A stretch of 64,000 bases of DNA, taken from IMG/VR virus record IMGVR_UViG_3300044974_001280, positions 124,001 through 188,000 of that record; one strand, given 5' to 3'. The number at the start of each line of letters is the position of its first letter. The first letter of the stretch is position 1. Below are positions 19,296 through 28,773 of this stretch, piece by piece. Position numbers and translations under genes: made by a program. The notes under the pieces were generated by a model that saw nothing but the letters and a program-made list of their open reading frames with translations, was not told the DNA's origin and made no database searches.

Positions 19296-20540
19296 ATGCC
19301 TGAAATTCTGCCAGAAACTGATATTTTTCCAGCTTCACAAGTATCTTCTTCTATCAAACCTAAAGACCCCCGCCAAACATATTCTCTCTGTCTGGTTATG
19401 ATCGTCAAAGACGAGGAGGACACCATTAGAAAATGTCTTACACACGTTGCCCCTTTTATTTCTTATTGGGTCATCTGTGACACAGGTTCCTCTGATAACA
19501 CGGTTCAAGAGATCGAAACTACCATGCAGGATCTAGGAATTCCAGGGGAGCTCCACCACAGGCCTTGGGTTAATTTCGAGGTGAATAGAACAGAAAGCCT
19601 GGAACTCTCCAAAGGAATTTGTGACTACAGATGGATCATTGATGCCGACGACACCTTTACAAACCTTAAACCTGGCACCAATCCTTTCATGGATTTGCCT
19701 GCCGATATAGATTGCTTTCAACTGCAGTATAAATTGAACTCATTGCAGTATTTTAGGGCCCAGATAGTCAGATCTGACCAGGATTGGGTTTATCGGGGAG
19801 TTCTCCACGAGTATTTAGAGCTTCCCGGCAAGGCACCTCTAGTTCAAGCTCAAATACCTGGTGATAGGTGTCTGGTCAATGCTAACATTTCTCCTTTGAA
19901 AAGAGCATCTTCATTGGAAGAAAAATATTCCAAAGATGCGGATATTCTACTTCAGGCTCTGCAGGAAGATCCCAACAACACCCGGTACATGTTTTATCTC
20001 GCCCAAAGTTATCGGGATTCTTCCCAGCACGAAAAATCTCTGACCTGGTATCAAAAAAGAGTTGACGCCGGAGGCTGGCCTGAAGAGGTTTACTACTCGA
20101 TGTACATGATAGGCAGGATCAAAGAAAAACTGGGGCATCCGATTGAAGAAGTTATTACCGCCTATTCTAAAGCCTGGGAATTCCGGCCCGAAAGGTTGGA
20201 GGCAGTTTTTCACTGCATGAGAAAATTAAGGGAGCAAAACAGATGGATTCTATCTTTCACCTACGGAAGCATGGCCCTAAAAAATCCAGGCACCCAAGAT
20301 ATCCTCTTTGTGGAACCTGAAGTTTGGCAGTGGAGACTGCTGGATGAATATTCATTGGCCGCCTTCCAAACCGGAAATCCAGAGATCTCCTACGAGAAAA
20401 TGAAGGCTGTGGTTGAAATGCCAGCTTTTTCTAGCCTAAATCTCCAAGAACAGCAAAGGATCAAAAGAAATTTGGATAATTTCAGGGGAGCGGCAGCCCA
20501 AAAATTAAAAATACAGCAAGAACAGGCAAGAAACAAATAA
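19296..20540 (+). CDS. GT2-family glycosyltransferase with TPR domain
   Basis: LCLVMIVKDE, DTGSSD, DADD, GVLHE; TPR-like C-half; GAAAT-N17-TATAAT at 19253-19280. Confidence 0.85.
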   Translation: MPEILPETDIFPASQVSSSIKPKDPRQTYSLCLVMIVKDEEDTIRKCLTHVAPFISYWVICDTGSSDNTVQEIETTMQDLGIPGELHHRPWVNFEVNRTESLELSKGICDYRWIIDADDTFTNLKPGTNPFMDLPADIDCFQLQYKLNSLQYFRAQIVRSDQDWVYRGVLHEYLELPGKAPLVQAQIPGDRCLVNANISPLKRASSLEEKYSKDADILLQALQEDPNNTRYMFYLAQSYRDSSQHEKSLTWYQKRVDAGGWPEEVYYSMYMIGRIKEKLGHPIEEVITAYSKAWEFRPERLEAVFHCMRKLREQNRWILSFTYGSMALKNPGTQDILFVEPEVWQWRLLDEYSLAAFQTGNPEISYEKMKAVVEMPAFSSLNLQEQQRIKRNLDNFRGAAAQKLKIQQEQARNK

Positions 20541-20546
20541 AAAATT

Positions 20547-20861
20547 ATGAAAAAAATTGTAGTGACTTTATTCCTATTGGCGTTCACTTGTGTGTTTTCG
20601 GCGAATGCACAATCGGTAGATTCTTGCGAAATTGTTAATCCTATAGAGAATGAGGATTCTCTTTTAGCATATACTATTTCTTCAAGTTCATTAGTCCCGT
20701 CCGATTCTATTTTTTCTAAGAATATAAATATGCAACCTAAAAAAGAAAAATTTTTAAACAAAAAAAGAATTGTTATTTTGTCATCCCTTGTAGTTCTACA
20801 GGTGGCTTTTGGTTTTGATCCTAAGTTTACCGCGATTAATTTGGTCTGGCTCCTTTTTTGA
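20547..20861 (+). CDS. Exported/membrane protein
   Basis: Signal peptide MKKIVVTLFLLAFTCVFSANAQ and hydrophobic C-terminus. Confidence 0.6.
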   Translation: MKKIVVTLFLLAFTCVFSANAQSVDSCEIVNPIENEDSLLAYTISSSSLVPSDSIFSKNINMQPKKEKFLNKKRIVILSSLVVLQVAFGFDPKFTAINLVWLLF

Positions 20862-21301
20862 TGCAGGATAAGATTTTACATAGCATGGAAATGCTTTCCA
20901 TGTACCCAGTAAAAAAATCAGATCTAGGATTTCACGGTAATTTGTTCGGAGGTCAGCTCCTGAAGTGGATAGATGCTGCTGCTGCTGGATACGCCATGCA
21001 GTTGTGCGACACTCCCCGAATGGTGACTGTCTCCATTGATAAGTGCTTCTTTGAAAAACCAGCTCGAGAAGGTCAGTTGCTTAAAATTTACGGGCTGCCA
21101 TCACAAATAGGAAACTCCTCTATCACTCTCTATGTTGAAGCTAGAGCCCACAATGTTTATACGGGTGAGCAGAGATTAATTCTAAGAACCCACATCAGAT
21201 TTGTTAGAATAGACGAGGACGGTAATTCGATCCCTATTTCAGAAAGAGCTAGAATCAGGATTCAGACTCTAATGACGTCAAATTCCGATTCAGTTTCTTG
21301 A
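20858..21301 (+). CDS. Hotdog-fold acyl-CoA thioesterase (YciA-like)
   Basis: DLGFHGNLFGGQLLKWID, VTVSID...F.KP, GNSSI. Confidence 0.85.
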   Translation: MMQDKILHSMEMLSMYPVKKSDLGFHGNLFGGQLLKWIDAAAAGYAMQLCDTPRMVTVSIDKCFFEKPAREGQLLKIYGLPSQIGNSSITLYVEARAHNVYTGEQRLILRTHIRFVRIDEDGNSIPISERARIRIQTLMTSNSDSVS

Positions 21302-21560
21302 CCGAGATCCTGAGATCGGAAGTTCCCTGAATCAGTCTGTGCCACACGCCTTGGGGAATAAGTAATTCGTGCTCCCCTATTTCCCGAGGTAGATCGTTGT
21401 CCAACTGAATCAACCAGTCGTTTTCTTCGAGAGCCCTCACCAATCGATCTTCTAGATCAATGTGCCAATGAAGTTCGGATCTGTCTGTTTTAGCAGAAAA
21501 GAATCTTTCGTAGGTGCTTTCCTCGATCTGTTTTTCTGAAAAAGGTCTAGACTCTACCAT
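21255..21560 (-). CDS. Cupin-like small protein
   Basis: WHIDLEDR...IPQGVWHRLIQG. Confidence 0.55.
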   Translation of the reverse strand: MVESRPFSEKQIEESTYERFFSAKTDRSELHWHIDLEDRLVRALEENDWLIQLDNDLPREIGEHELLIPQGVWHRLIQGTSDLRISVKKLNRNLTSLESES

Positions 21561-22117
21561 GGACTTGAAGATTTAATGCCCAGTAGTTTTCTGTATCTTG
21601 ACACGTTACAGGACCAGTATCTGGCTTTCCATTTGGGACCTGGGTTATCACAATTGTGTCTTGCTCTAAAAGATTTTGATCTCTGAGGATCGTCATTTCT
21701 TATTCTCATACCTGGCTGGCCGAATCTAACTAGAACGACGTTACCAGACTCGTTTTTAGTGTAAACCCCAAATTTTCTAGGAGCACCCGGGGTTCTGAAA
21801 GGTTTGTTCAGAGAAACCTTCCTGCCCTTATATTCTGCCTCGTGCAGATCCTCTTCAGGGAGAGGTAAATCCAGCCACACCTCTTTCCCTTCAAAGATTC
21901 CCCTTCGGCCCAGTTCGGTGCTAATCAAAAAAGTGTCGTCGTCGTCTAATTCAATCGAATTTGATTCCCAAAGGCGTCTAGTCTCATCTATTACCCCGTA
22001 CCAGGCTTCGGAGCCAATTCTAAAGACGCTAGTGGCTAGAGTCAGATCATTTTGGAGGTGATATTGCAGATTTTCACTGATCTGATCCCTAAATTCTCCG
22101 AAGTTCAGTATTTTCAT
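21554..22117 (-). CDS. Conserved large-phage protein
   Basis: EAEYKGRKV...VRFG...SFRARHNC...ARYWSC; N-terminus MKILNFGEF..ISE. Confidence 0.65.
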   Translation of the reverse strand: MKILNFGEFRDQISENLQYHLQNDLTLATSVFRIGSEAWYGVIDETRRLWESNSIELDDDDTFLISTELGRRGIFEGKEVWLDLPLPEEDLHEAEYKGRKVSLNKPFRTPGAPRKFGVYTKNESGNVVLVRFGQPGMRIRNDDPQRSKSFRARHNCDNPGPKWKARYWSCNVSRYRKLLGIKSSSPW

Positions 22118-22125
22118 TTTTTTTT

Positions 22126-23007
22126 TTATTTTTTTACTTCGTAAGTTTCAATTCTTTTGGCCAGCTCTTTTGCTCTGTTCCCCACTTGCTTGGCCCAGGT
22201 TGAATTGAGCATCTCTTGGGAAGCCAATTTGTAATTCATGTTTTGGATGTGAGATAAGAATTTTTTGAATTCGGACAGGCCCGACTTTCCGAGGTTGAAT
22301 GCCATTTCTATCAAAACACATTGTACCGGTAAGGGCTGTTGACCCAAATCAGGAACCAGAGATTTGGCATCTTCGATAGCTTTATCCACGTCTTTTTTAA
22401 ACAGAATCTGAATTTGACTGTCATTCAATTTCTCTTTTCCCGACCTGATTAATTTTGGATTGGCCCCAATTTCCTTTAACCTGGTATCTGCATCCGATCT
22501 TTCTAGATTCATTCCAATTCCAATTGATAGATTTTTTCTAGAGTCCCGGTAAATTTGATATTTAATACCCTCGTGCAATTTAATGCTTTCTTCCGCGGTT
22601 CTTCTAACTTTTTCGTCCTTCAAACGAGATTCTTCTTGTTTTTGTAAGAAGTCATTTGTGACTTTCAATTGATCCGTGTGTTTTTTTATTTCATCGATTA
22701 TTTTCTGATCAAAAAAACCTAACTCGGAATTAATAAGGGATCCAACACTTCTATATGAATAAACGGCTGGAAATTTAGCAAAAATGGCATCAATTTCCCC
22801 CAGAGTTTTCAAATCAGGAATTTCTAATAAAGTTTTCAGCAACAGTTCTTCGTCCGTTCCTAGACCTTTGATGGATTTTTCCAGTAAATTTGCCAATTCA
22901 ACTGGGCTTCTTCGACCCATTTTTTCCAGAACTAAATCTAAATTAAAGGAACTATTCAAGTTGCTAAAATCTCTGAAGTTTTGAATCCTTCTTATTTTTT
23001 CTTTCAT
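22126..23007 (-). CDS. GH24/T4-type lysozyme with N-terminal annexin-like repeat
   Basis: HEG...YRD...SIGIGMNL, EMAFNLG, EMLNSTWAKQVGNRA; N-part KGLGTDE...SEL. Confidence 0.8.
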   Translation of the reverse strand: MKEKIRRIQNFRDFSNLNSSFNLDLVLEKMGRRSPVELANLLEKSIKGLGTDEELLLKTLLEIPDLKTLGEIDAIFAKFPAVYSYRSVGSLINSELGFFDQKIIDEIKKHTDQLKVTNDFLQKQEESRLKDEKVRRTAEESIKLHEGIKYQIYRDSRKNLSIGIGMNLERSDADTRLKEIGANPKLIRSGKEKLNDSQIQILFKKDVDKAIEDAKSLVPDLGQQPLPVQCVLIEMAFNLGKSGLSEFKKFLSHIQNMNYKLASQEMLNSTWAKQVGNRAKELAKRIETYEVKK

Positions 23008-23038
23008 TATCTATATATACTTTACCTATGTTATATCT

Positions 23039-24142
23039 CTAGACAATCCCGTCCTTCCAGGGATCGACGTAGCCCAATTTGGTCTTCAGGGCCTTAATGA
23101 CCCGAAGCTGCTCAGGACTGAGTCTCTGTTCGATCTCCTGTCTCTGCTCCTCCCAGCCTGACTTATCCCAGAGGTCTGCCAGCTGCAGGAGCACCTGGCC
23201 GTCTTTCTTCAGGTCTCCCTTCAGTTTCTGCAGCCAGAAGCCGGCATCGAACATGGGCAGGGTCACAATCAGGCTCCGGGCTTCGCTATCTCCAGTGGCC
23301 AGAATCTTGGTCCAGCCCAGGGGATTCCATGCCCCACTTTGGAGTGTGAAAGAGTCGCACCGGAGAATCCCACCCACCGTCTGTGGTGCCCCGACCAGGG
23401 AGGTCAGCCGGTTATTGTCGCAGTAGAAATTCCCACCCACCGTCTGAGGTGCCCCGGCCAGGGTCGTCAGCTGGTTGTAGGAACAGGAGAAATACCCATC
23501 CACCGTCTGGGGTGCCCCTGCCAGGGAGGTCAGCTGGTTGCCGGAACAGGAGAAATTCCCACCCACCTTCTGGGGTGCCCCTGACAGGGAGGTCAGCTGG
23601 TTTCTGGAACAGGAGAAATACCCACCCACCGTCTGAGGTGCCCCGACCAGGGTCGTCAGCTGGTTGTAGGAACAGAAGAAATGCCCATCCATCGTCTGAG
23701 GTGCCCCGGCCAGGGTCGTCAGCTGGTTGTAGGAACAGTCTAAATCCCCATCCACCGTCTGGGGTGCCCCGACCAGGGTCGTCAGCCGGTTGCCGCCACA
23801 GTAAAAATGCCCATCCACCGTCTGAGGTGCCCCGACCAGAGAGGTCAGCTGGTTTCTGAAACAGGAGAAATCCCCACTCACCTTCTGGGGTGCCCCTGCC
23901 AGGGAGGTCAGCTGGTTGACGGAACAGTAGAAATTCCCACTGACATGTCCGAACGAGATGCCCTGTAAGCTCTTTAATCTTTTACCCCCACAAGCAAAAC
24001 TTCCCTTTACATCCACTAGCCCTGTCTCTGGGTTGACCGACCAGGTCCCTTGCGTGTATTTGGTCAGGAAAGTCTTTTGCTTTTGGGTCAGATCTGAAGT
24101 CTTCCGGGCTTCGAACAGGGAAAAGGATTGGAGGTGTTTCAC
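23039..24142 (-). CDS. LRR-like repeat protein, paralog 1 (9 modules of 21 aa)
   Basis: Modules xFxCxxNxLT(S/T)LxGAPQ(T/K)VxG; GTG start 5 nt after GATATATA (24148-24155). Confidence 0.85.
   Translation of the reverse strand: MKHLQSFSLFEARKTSDLTQKQKTFLTKYTQGTWSVNPETGLVDVKGSFACGGKRLKSLQGISFGHVSGNFYCSVNQLTSLAGAPQKVSGDFSCFRNQLTSLVGAPQTVDGHFYCGGNRLTTLVGAPQTVDGDLDCSYNQLTTLAGAPQTMDGHFFCSYNQLTTLVGAPQTVGGYFSCSRNQLTSLSGAPQKVGGNFSCSGNQLTSLAGAPQTVDGYFSCSYNQLTTLAGAPQTVGGNFYCDNNRLTSLVGAPQTVGGILRCDSFTLQSGAWNPLGWTKILATGDSEARSLIVTLPMFDAGFWLQKLKGDLKKDGQVLLQLADLWDKSGWEEQRQEIEQRLSPEQLRVIKALKTKLGYVDPWKDGIV
23369..23935 (-). repeat. Nine tandem 63-bp coding repeats
   Basis: Recurrent ...caccgtctg(a/g)ggtgcccc...cagg...gtcagc unit. 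Confidence 0.9.
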
Positions 24143-24156
24143 GCCCTTATATATCT

Positions 24157-24939
24157 CTAGACAATCCCGTCCTTCCAGGGATCGACGTAGCCCAATTTGG
24201 TCTTTAGGGCCTTGATGACCCGAAGCTGCTCAGGACTGAGTCTCTGTTCGATCTTCTGTCTCTGCTCCTCCCAGCCTGGTTCATCCCAGAGGTCTGCCAG
24301 CTGCAGGAGCACCTGGCCGTCTTTCTTCAGATCTCCCTTCAGTTTCTGCAGCCAGAAGCCGGCATCGAACAGGATCACAATCAGGCTCCGGGCTTTGCTA
24401 TTTTTTTTGGCCAGAATCTCGGTCCAGCCCTGGGGATTCCATTTCCCACTTCGGACTTCGAAAGAGTCGCAGTAGAAACCCTCCCTCACCGTCTGGGGTG
24501 CCCCGGCCAGGGTCGTCAGCTGGTTTCTGAAACAGTAGAAATCCCCATTTACCGTCTGGGGTGCCCCGACCAGGGAAGTCAGCTGGTTGCCTTGACAGTA
24601 GAAATCCCCACCCACCGTCTGGGGTGCCCCGGCCAGGGTCTTCAGCTGGTTGCCGCCACAGAAGAAACTCCCACCCACCGTCTGGGGTGCCCCGGCCAGG
24701 GTCGTCAGCTGGTTTCTGAAACACCAGAAATCCCCACTGACATGTCCGAACGAGATTCCCCGCAGAGACTTCAGTCTTTTGTAACTACAGTCAAAATCTC
24801 CTTTCACATCGACCAGACCGGTCTGCTGGTTGACCGACCAGGTCCCTTGCGTGTATTTGGTCAGGAAAGTCTTTTGCTTTTGGGTCAGGCCTGAAGTCTT
24901 CCGGGCTTCGAACAGGGAAAAGGATTGGAGGTGTTTCAC
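24157..24939 (-). CDS. LRR-like repeat protein, paralog 2 (4 modules)
   Basis: Same N- and C-caps as paralog 1; GATATATA at 24944-24951. Confidence 0.85.
   Translation of the reverse strand: MKHLQSFSLFEARKTSGLTQKQKTFLTKYTQGTWSVNQQTGLVDVKGDFDCSYKRLKSLRGISFGHVSGDFWCFRNQLTTLAGAPQTVGGSFFCGGNQLKTLAGAPQTVGGDFYCQGNQLTSLVGAPQTVNGDFYCFRNQLTTLAGAPQTVREGFYCDSFEVRSGKWNPQGWTEILAKKNSKARSLIVILFDAGFWLQKLKGDLKKDGQVLLQLADLWDEPGWEEQRQKIEQRLSPEQLRVIKALKTKLGYVDPWKDGIV
24481..24732 (-). repeat. Four tandem 63-bp coding repeats
   Basis: Same unit as 23369-23935. Confidence 0.9.
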
Positions 24940-24952
24940 GCCTTATATATCT

Positions 24953-25936
24953 CTAGACAATCCCGTCAAAGTCTTTCCAGGGATTGACGTAGCCCAATTT
25001 GGTCTTTAGGGCCTTGATGACCCGAAGCTGCTCAGGACTGAGTCTCTGTTCGATCTCCTGTCTCTGCTCCTCCCAGCCTGACTTATCCCAGAGGTCTGCC
25101 AGCTGCAGAAGCACCTGACCGTCTTTCTTCAAGTCTCCCTTCAGTTTCTGCAGCCAGAAGCCGGCATCGAACATGGGCAGGGTCACAATCAGCCTCCGGG
25201 CTTTTCTATCTCCAGTGGCCAGAATGGCCAACCAGCCCTGGGGATTCCATTCCCCACTCCGGAGTTTGAAAGAGTCGCAGAAGAAATACCCACCCACCGT
25301 CTGAGGTGCCCCGACCAGGGTCGTCAGCCGGTTGTGGGAACACCAGAAATCCCGACCCACCGTCTGAGGTGCCCCGACCAGGGAGGTCAGCTGGTTGTTG
25401 TCGCAGTAGAAATTCCCACCCACCGTCTGAGGTGCCCCGGCCAGAGAGATCAGTCGATTGCCGGAACAGCCGAAACTCCTATTTACCTTCTGAGGTGCCC
25501 CGGCCAGGGTCGTCAGCTGGTTGCCGGAACAGTCGAAAACCCCACCCACCGTCTGAGGTGCCCCTGCCAGGGAGGTCAGATGGTTGCCTTGACAGAAGAA
25601 ACTCCCACACACCGTCTGGGGTGCCCCGACCAGGGAGGTCAGCTGGTTGTTGTCGCAGGAGAAATACCCACCCACCGTCTGGGGTGCCCCGGCCAGGGAG
25701 GTCAGATCGTTGCCGGCACAGGAGAAATTCCCACTGACATGTCCGAACGAGATGCCCGATAGAGACCTCAGTCCGCTGTAACTACAGTCAAAATCTCCTT
25801 CCACATCGACCAGACCGGTCTGTCGGTTGACCGACCAGGTCCCTTGCGTGTATTTGGTCAGGAAAGTCTTTTGCTTTTGGGTCAGATCTGAAGTCTTCCG
25901 AGCTTCGAACAGGGAAAAGGATTGGAGGTGTTTCAC
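24953..25936 (-). CDS. LRR-like repeat protein, paralog 3 (7 modules)
   Basis: Same caps; GATATATA at 25941-25948. Confidence 0.85.
   Translation of the reverse strand: MKHLQSFSLFEARKTSDLTQKQKTFLTKYTQGTWSVNRQTGLVDVEGDFDCSYSGLRSLSGISFGHVSGNFSCAGNDLTSLAGAPQTVGGYFSCDNNQLTSLVGAPQTVCGSFFCQGNHLTSLAGAPQTVGGVFDCSGNQLTTLAGAPQKVNRSFGCSGNRLISLAGAPQTVGGNFYCDNNQLTSLVGAPQTVGRDFWCSHNRLTTLVGAPQTVGGYFFCDSFKLRSGEWNPQGWLAILATGDRKARRLIVTLPMFDAGFWLQKLKGDLKKDGQVLLQLADLWDKSGWEEQRQEIEQRLSPEQLRVIKALKTKLGYVNPWKDFDGIV
25289..25729 (-). repeat. Seven tandem 63-bp coding repeats
   Basis: Same unit as 23369-23935. Confidence 0.9.
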
Positions 25937-26047
25937 GCCTTATATATCTGTTATACCTCCCTGAATAGCACCACCTCGAAACCTTAAAAAATTCTGTCAT
26001 AGAAGACTTTCAATTGCATTTATGTTTTACATTTACACTTCTACACC

Positions 26048-27835
26048 ATGACTATCCAACCCAGCAAAAAAATCCAGGTCCTTAGCGACTTCGAGCACAT
26101 ATTAAAAAGGCCTACTATCTACGTTGGCTCCGTTAAGTTATCGGAGGAAATGATTCCTTCGGTAGAAAGCGATAAAATTTGTCTGGTCCCTAAACAAATT
26201 TCAGTTGGGATGTACAAACTCTTTGACGAAGTCTTTTCCAACTGTGTGGATGAAGCCAAACGCATGAAAAAATCCATGCCCTGGATAAAAGTTTTTGTGG
26301 ATCCAATTCGAAACTCAGTGACTATTACTGACAGCGGAGGAGGTTTTGTTGATGGATCTCAAATTAACGAAAAGAGCAAAATGAGCAACATCCAGACTGC
26401 TGTTTCTATGCTCAGAGCTGGTTCTAATTTTGACAATGAGGGCACCTCTGAAACTCTGATTGGTACCAACGGAATGGGGGTTAGTTTAGTCAATGCTCTG
26501 TCATCTTTCTTTTCAATTCACACCACTAACACTAAAGAATCCTACCGTCAGGAATGGAAGAATTTTAAATCCAGCAAACCTGAGGTTCTGCCCAGGCAGA
26601 CGGAAGAATTAGGTACTTCAGTGTCTTTTGTGCCTTTAGAAACAATTTTTGATGGGTGCCGATGGGATCGCCAAATTCTTCATTCCATCCTGATTCTGAA
26701 GAAAAGAGTCTTAGAATCTGAAGCTCACACCCGAAAAATCGACATTGAGTTTCACTGGGGACCCGAAAGAATTTATATTACAACCGATGTTCTCCACCAG
26801 TTATCTTATAAGAATTCACTGGGGGAAATTTTAATCTGGGAAAAAACGGAGAATTCGGGGTCGTTAGCTTTTGTAAACAGTGCCATGTGTACAGGGATCC
26901 ACCAGAAGATTATTCTGGATCTCATCAACGGAGAACTCGAGGATTCTTTGGGTCATCACTTCTACGATTTTTGCTTAATTCTGAACCTACCCCCCGCCTT
27001 AGTAAAGTTCGGGGACCAGAACAAAACCAAATATGTGACAAAGCGGGAAGAGATTGAAAGGCTTATTACTGATTCGTTTGAACCTCAAATCAAAAAATTT
27101 TTTTCCACACCTCTTTTCAAAAAAATCAGAGATAAGGTTGAAGAAAGAAAAAAAGACACGGCCCTCAAAAAAATCAGGAAAGAGAAAAAATCAATTAATA
27201 TCAAATTCTCTCATAAGTATTTTCCGCCTAACTCTAGAGTAGCAGAAAATATTTTTATTGTTGAAGGTCTATCGGCCATGGGCAGTATTCTTCAGAAAAG
27301 AAGCCCTGCCCGGGACGGTGTTTATGCACTGAAAGGCAAGATCAAAAACGCCAGAAATCTGTCCGACCTCTCAGATAACAAAGAGATATTGGAATTGATG
27401 CACATCCTGAATCTGGACCCAGGATTAGACTCAGGCCAATGCCCCTACCAAAAAATCATTATCGCCACCGATCAGGATCCTGATGGATCCCACATTACTT
27501 CCCTTCTCATCTCCCTCTTTCACAACTGGTTTCCCTGGGTTATTGCCAAACGTATGCTTTATATTCTAGAAACACCCTTGGTTACCTCTGGTGACAAGCA
27601 GAAAGAGTATTTCTATTCTCTGGCGGAGTATAAAGAGGCTAGCTCCAAGAAGAAAATGTCCAACATCAGATATCTTAAAGGTTTAGGTTCTCTATCTTTG
27701 GACGATTGGGATTATGTCATGAAAAATAAAAGAATAGTTGCCATTGTGGGAGATAAGAAATCTAAACAAATGCTCGAAATGGCTTTCGGTAATTCTTCAG
27801 AGCTTCGTAAGAACTGGTTGCAAAATAAAATCTAA
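26048..27835 (+). CDS. Type II topoisomerase ATPase/TOPRIM subunit (gp39+60/GyrB-like)
   Basis: HILKRP..YVGS, EVFSNCVDE, GSNFD, GTNGMG, VEGLSA, LKGKI, DQDPDG, YLKGLGS. Confidence 0.9.
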   Translation: MTIQPSKKIQVLSDFEHILKRPTIYVGSVKLSEEMIPSVESDKICLVPKQISVGMYKLFDEVFSNCVDEAKRMKKSMPWIKVFVDPIRNSVTITDSGGGFVDGSQINEKSKMSNIQTAVSMLRAGSNFDNEGTSETLIGTNGMGVSLVNALSSFFSIHTTNTKESYRQEWKNFKSSKPEVLPRQTEELGTSVSFVPLETIFDGCRWDRQILHSILILKKRVLESEAHTRKIDIEFHWGPERIYITTDVLHQLSYKNSLGEILIWEKTENSGSLAFVNSAMCTGIHQKIILDLINGELEDSLGHHFYDFCLILNLPPALVKFGDQNKTKYVTKREEIERLITDSFEPQIKKFFSTPLFKKIRDKVEERKKDTALKKIRKEKKSINIKFSHKYFPPNSRVAENIFIVEGLSAMGSILQKRSPARDGVYALKGKIKNARNLSDLSDNKEILELMHILNLDPGLDSGQCPYQKIIIATDQDPDGSHITSLLISLFHNWFPWVIAKRMLYILETPLVTSGDKQKEYFYSLAEYKEASSKKKMSNIRYLKGLGSLSLDDWDYVMKNKRIVAIVGDKKSKQMLEMAFGNSSELRKNWLQNKI

Positions 27836-27846
27836 AACCTTCTATC

Positions 27847-28773
27847 TTGAGACACGGCTACTGCTGCATCAATCTAACTCTGGGTGAAACTCAGGGCCAA
27901 CCCCGGATTACCACCAACAGGTCAATGGTGAAAAAAACATTTCTGGCCAAAGGACTGGACTATGTGTCTGAACTGGCTTTGGCCAATTGCAGAGATCTAA
28001 TTCAAATCATTAAATGGAACAATCAGCAGGGGGTAAGAATGTATCGAATGTCCTCTGATATTTTTCCCTGGTGTAGTGAATACGAGTTTTCAGATCTACC
28101 TGGGTTTGCCGAGATCAAATCTTTTTTGCAAATGGCGGGAGAAGAGGCCAAAATGGGGGATCAAAGACTAACTTTCCACCCTTCCCACTTCGCAGTTCTG
28201 GCATCCAAACAAGACTCAGTGGTTCGGGCTGCCCAAAAAGATCTTAGGCAACACGCAGAAATTATGGATTTGATGGGTTTAGATCAGTCATATTTCTACC
28301 CCATTAACATCCACGTCAACACTTCCCAGCCTACGAAAGAAGAAGCAGCAGAGAGATTCTGCCGACAGGTAGAGCTCACTCCTCCTAATGTCAGAAAAAG
28401 ATTGGTAGTGGAGGTGGATGACAAGAAGTCTGGCTTTCACGCCGAGGATCTTTTTAGGCTGGTTCATCAGAGAGTAGGGATTCCCATTACCTTCGACTTT
28501 CTTCATAATCAATGTCACCCCTCTGCTCTCTCCGAAGAAGAAGCCCTTAAGCTCTGCTTCTCTACCTGGCCGGCTGGAACAGTGCCCGTAGTTCACTTCT
28601 CTTCTTCCAAAAAGAAGTACGAAGATGCCCAGGCAAGAGAGGTTGCCCACTCAGATTGGATCTATGAAAGTGTGGCTCATTACGGATTAGAGATAGATAT
28701 AGAATTCGAGGTCAAAATGAAAGAACTTGCTCTCTTAGCCTACCTCAGAGATTTTCCTTTCATTCTCCCATGA
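27847..28773 (+). CDS. uvsE: UV-damage endonuclease
   Basis: GYCCIN, YRMSSD, LTFHP, INIH, EVDD, FDFLH, HFS, HSD, EVKMKE. Confidence 0.9.
   Translation: MRHGYCCINLTLGETQGQPRITTNRSMVKKTFLAKGLDYVSELALANCRDLIQIIKWNNQQGVRMYRMSSDIFPWCSEYEFSDLPGFAEIKSFLQMAGEEAKMGDQRLTFHPSHFAVLASKQDSVVRAAQKDLRQHAEIMDLMGLDQSYFYPINIHVNTSQPTKEEAAERFCRQVELTPPNVRKRLVVEVDDKKSGFHAEDLFRLVHQRVGIPITFDFLHNQCHPSALSEEEALKLCFSTWPAGTVPVVHFSSSKKKYEDAQAREVAHSDWIYESVAHYGLEIDIEFEVKMKELALLAYLRDFPFILP

Noticed and set aside
23369-25729. CRISPR array
   Set aside because: Repeats have a 63-bp in-frame coding period with short variable stretches; no unique spacers, leader or cas genes.
23079-25762. Repetitive plus-strand and alternate-frame ORFs over the LRR genes
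   Set aside because: Shadow frames of GC-rich repeats. The promoter motif, conserved caps and a fourth paralog support only the minus-strand LRR frame.
23039-25936. Diversity-generating retroelement behind the LRR variation
   Set aside because: No reverse transcriptase or non-coding template repeat in the window. Differences between modules include module-number changes and do not appear restricted to adenines. An RT elsewhere in the genome cannot be excluded.
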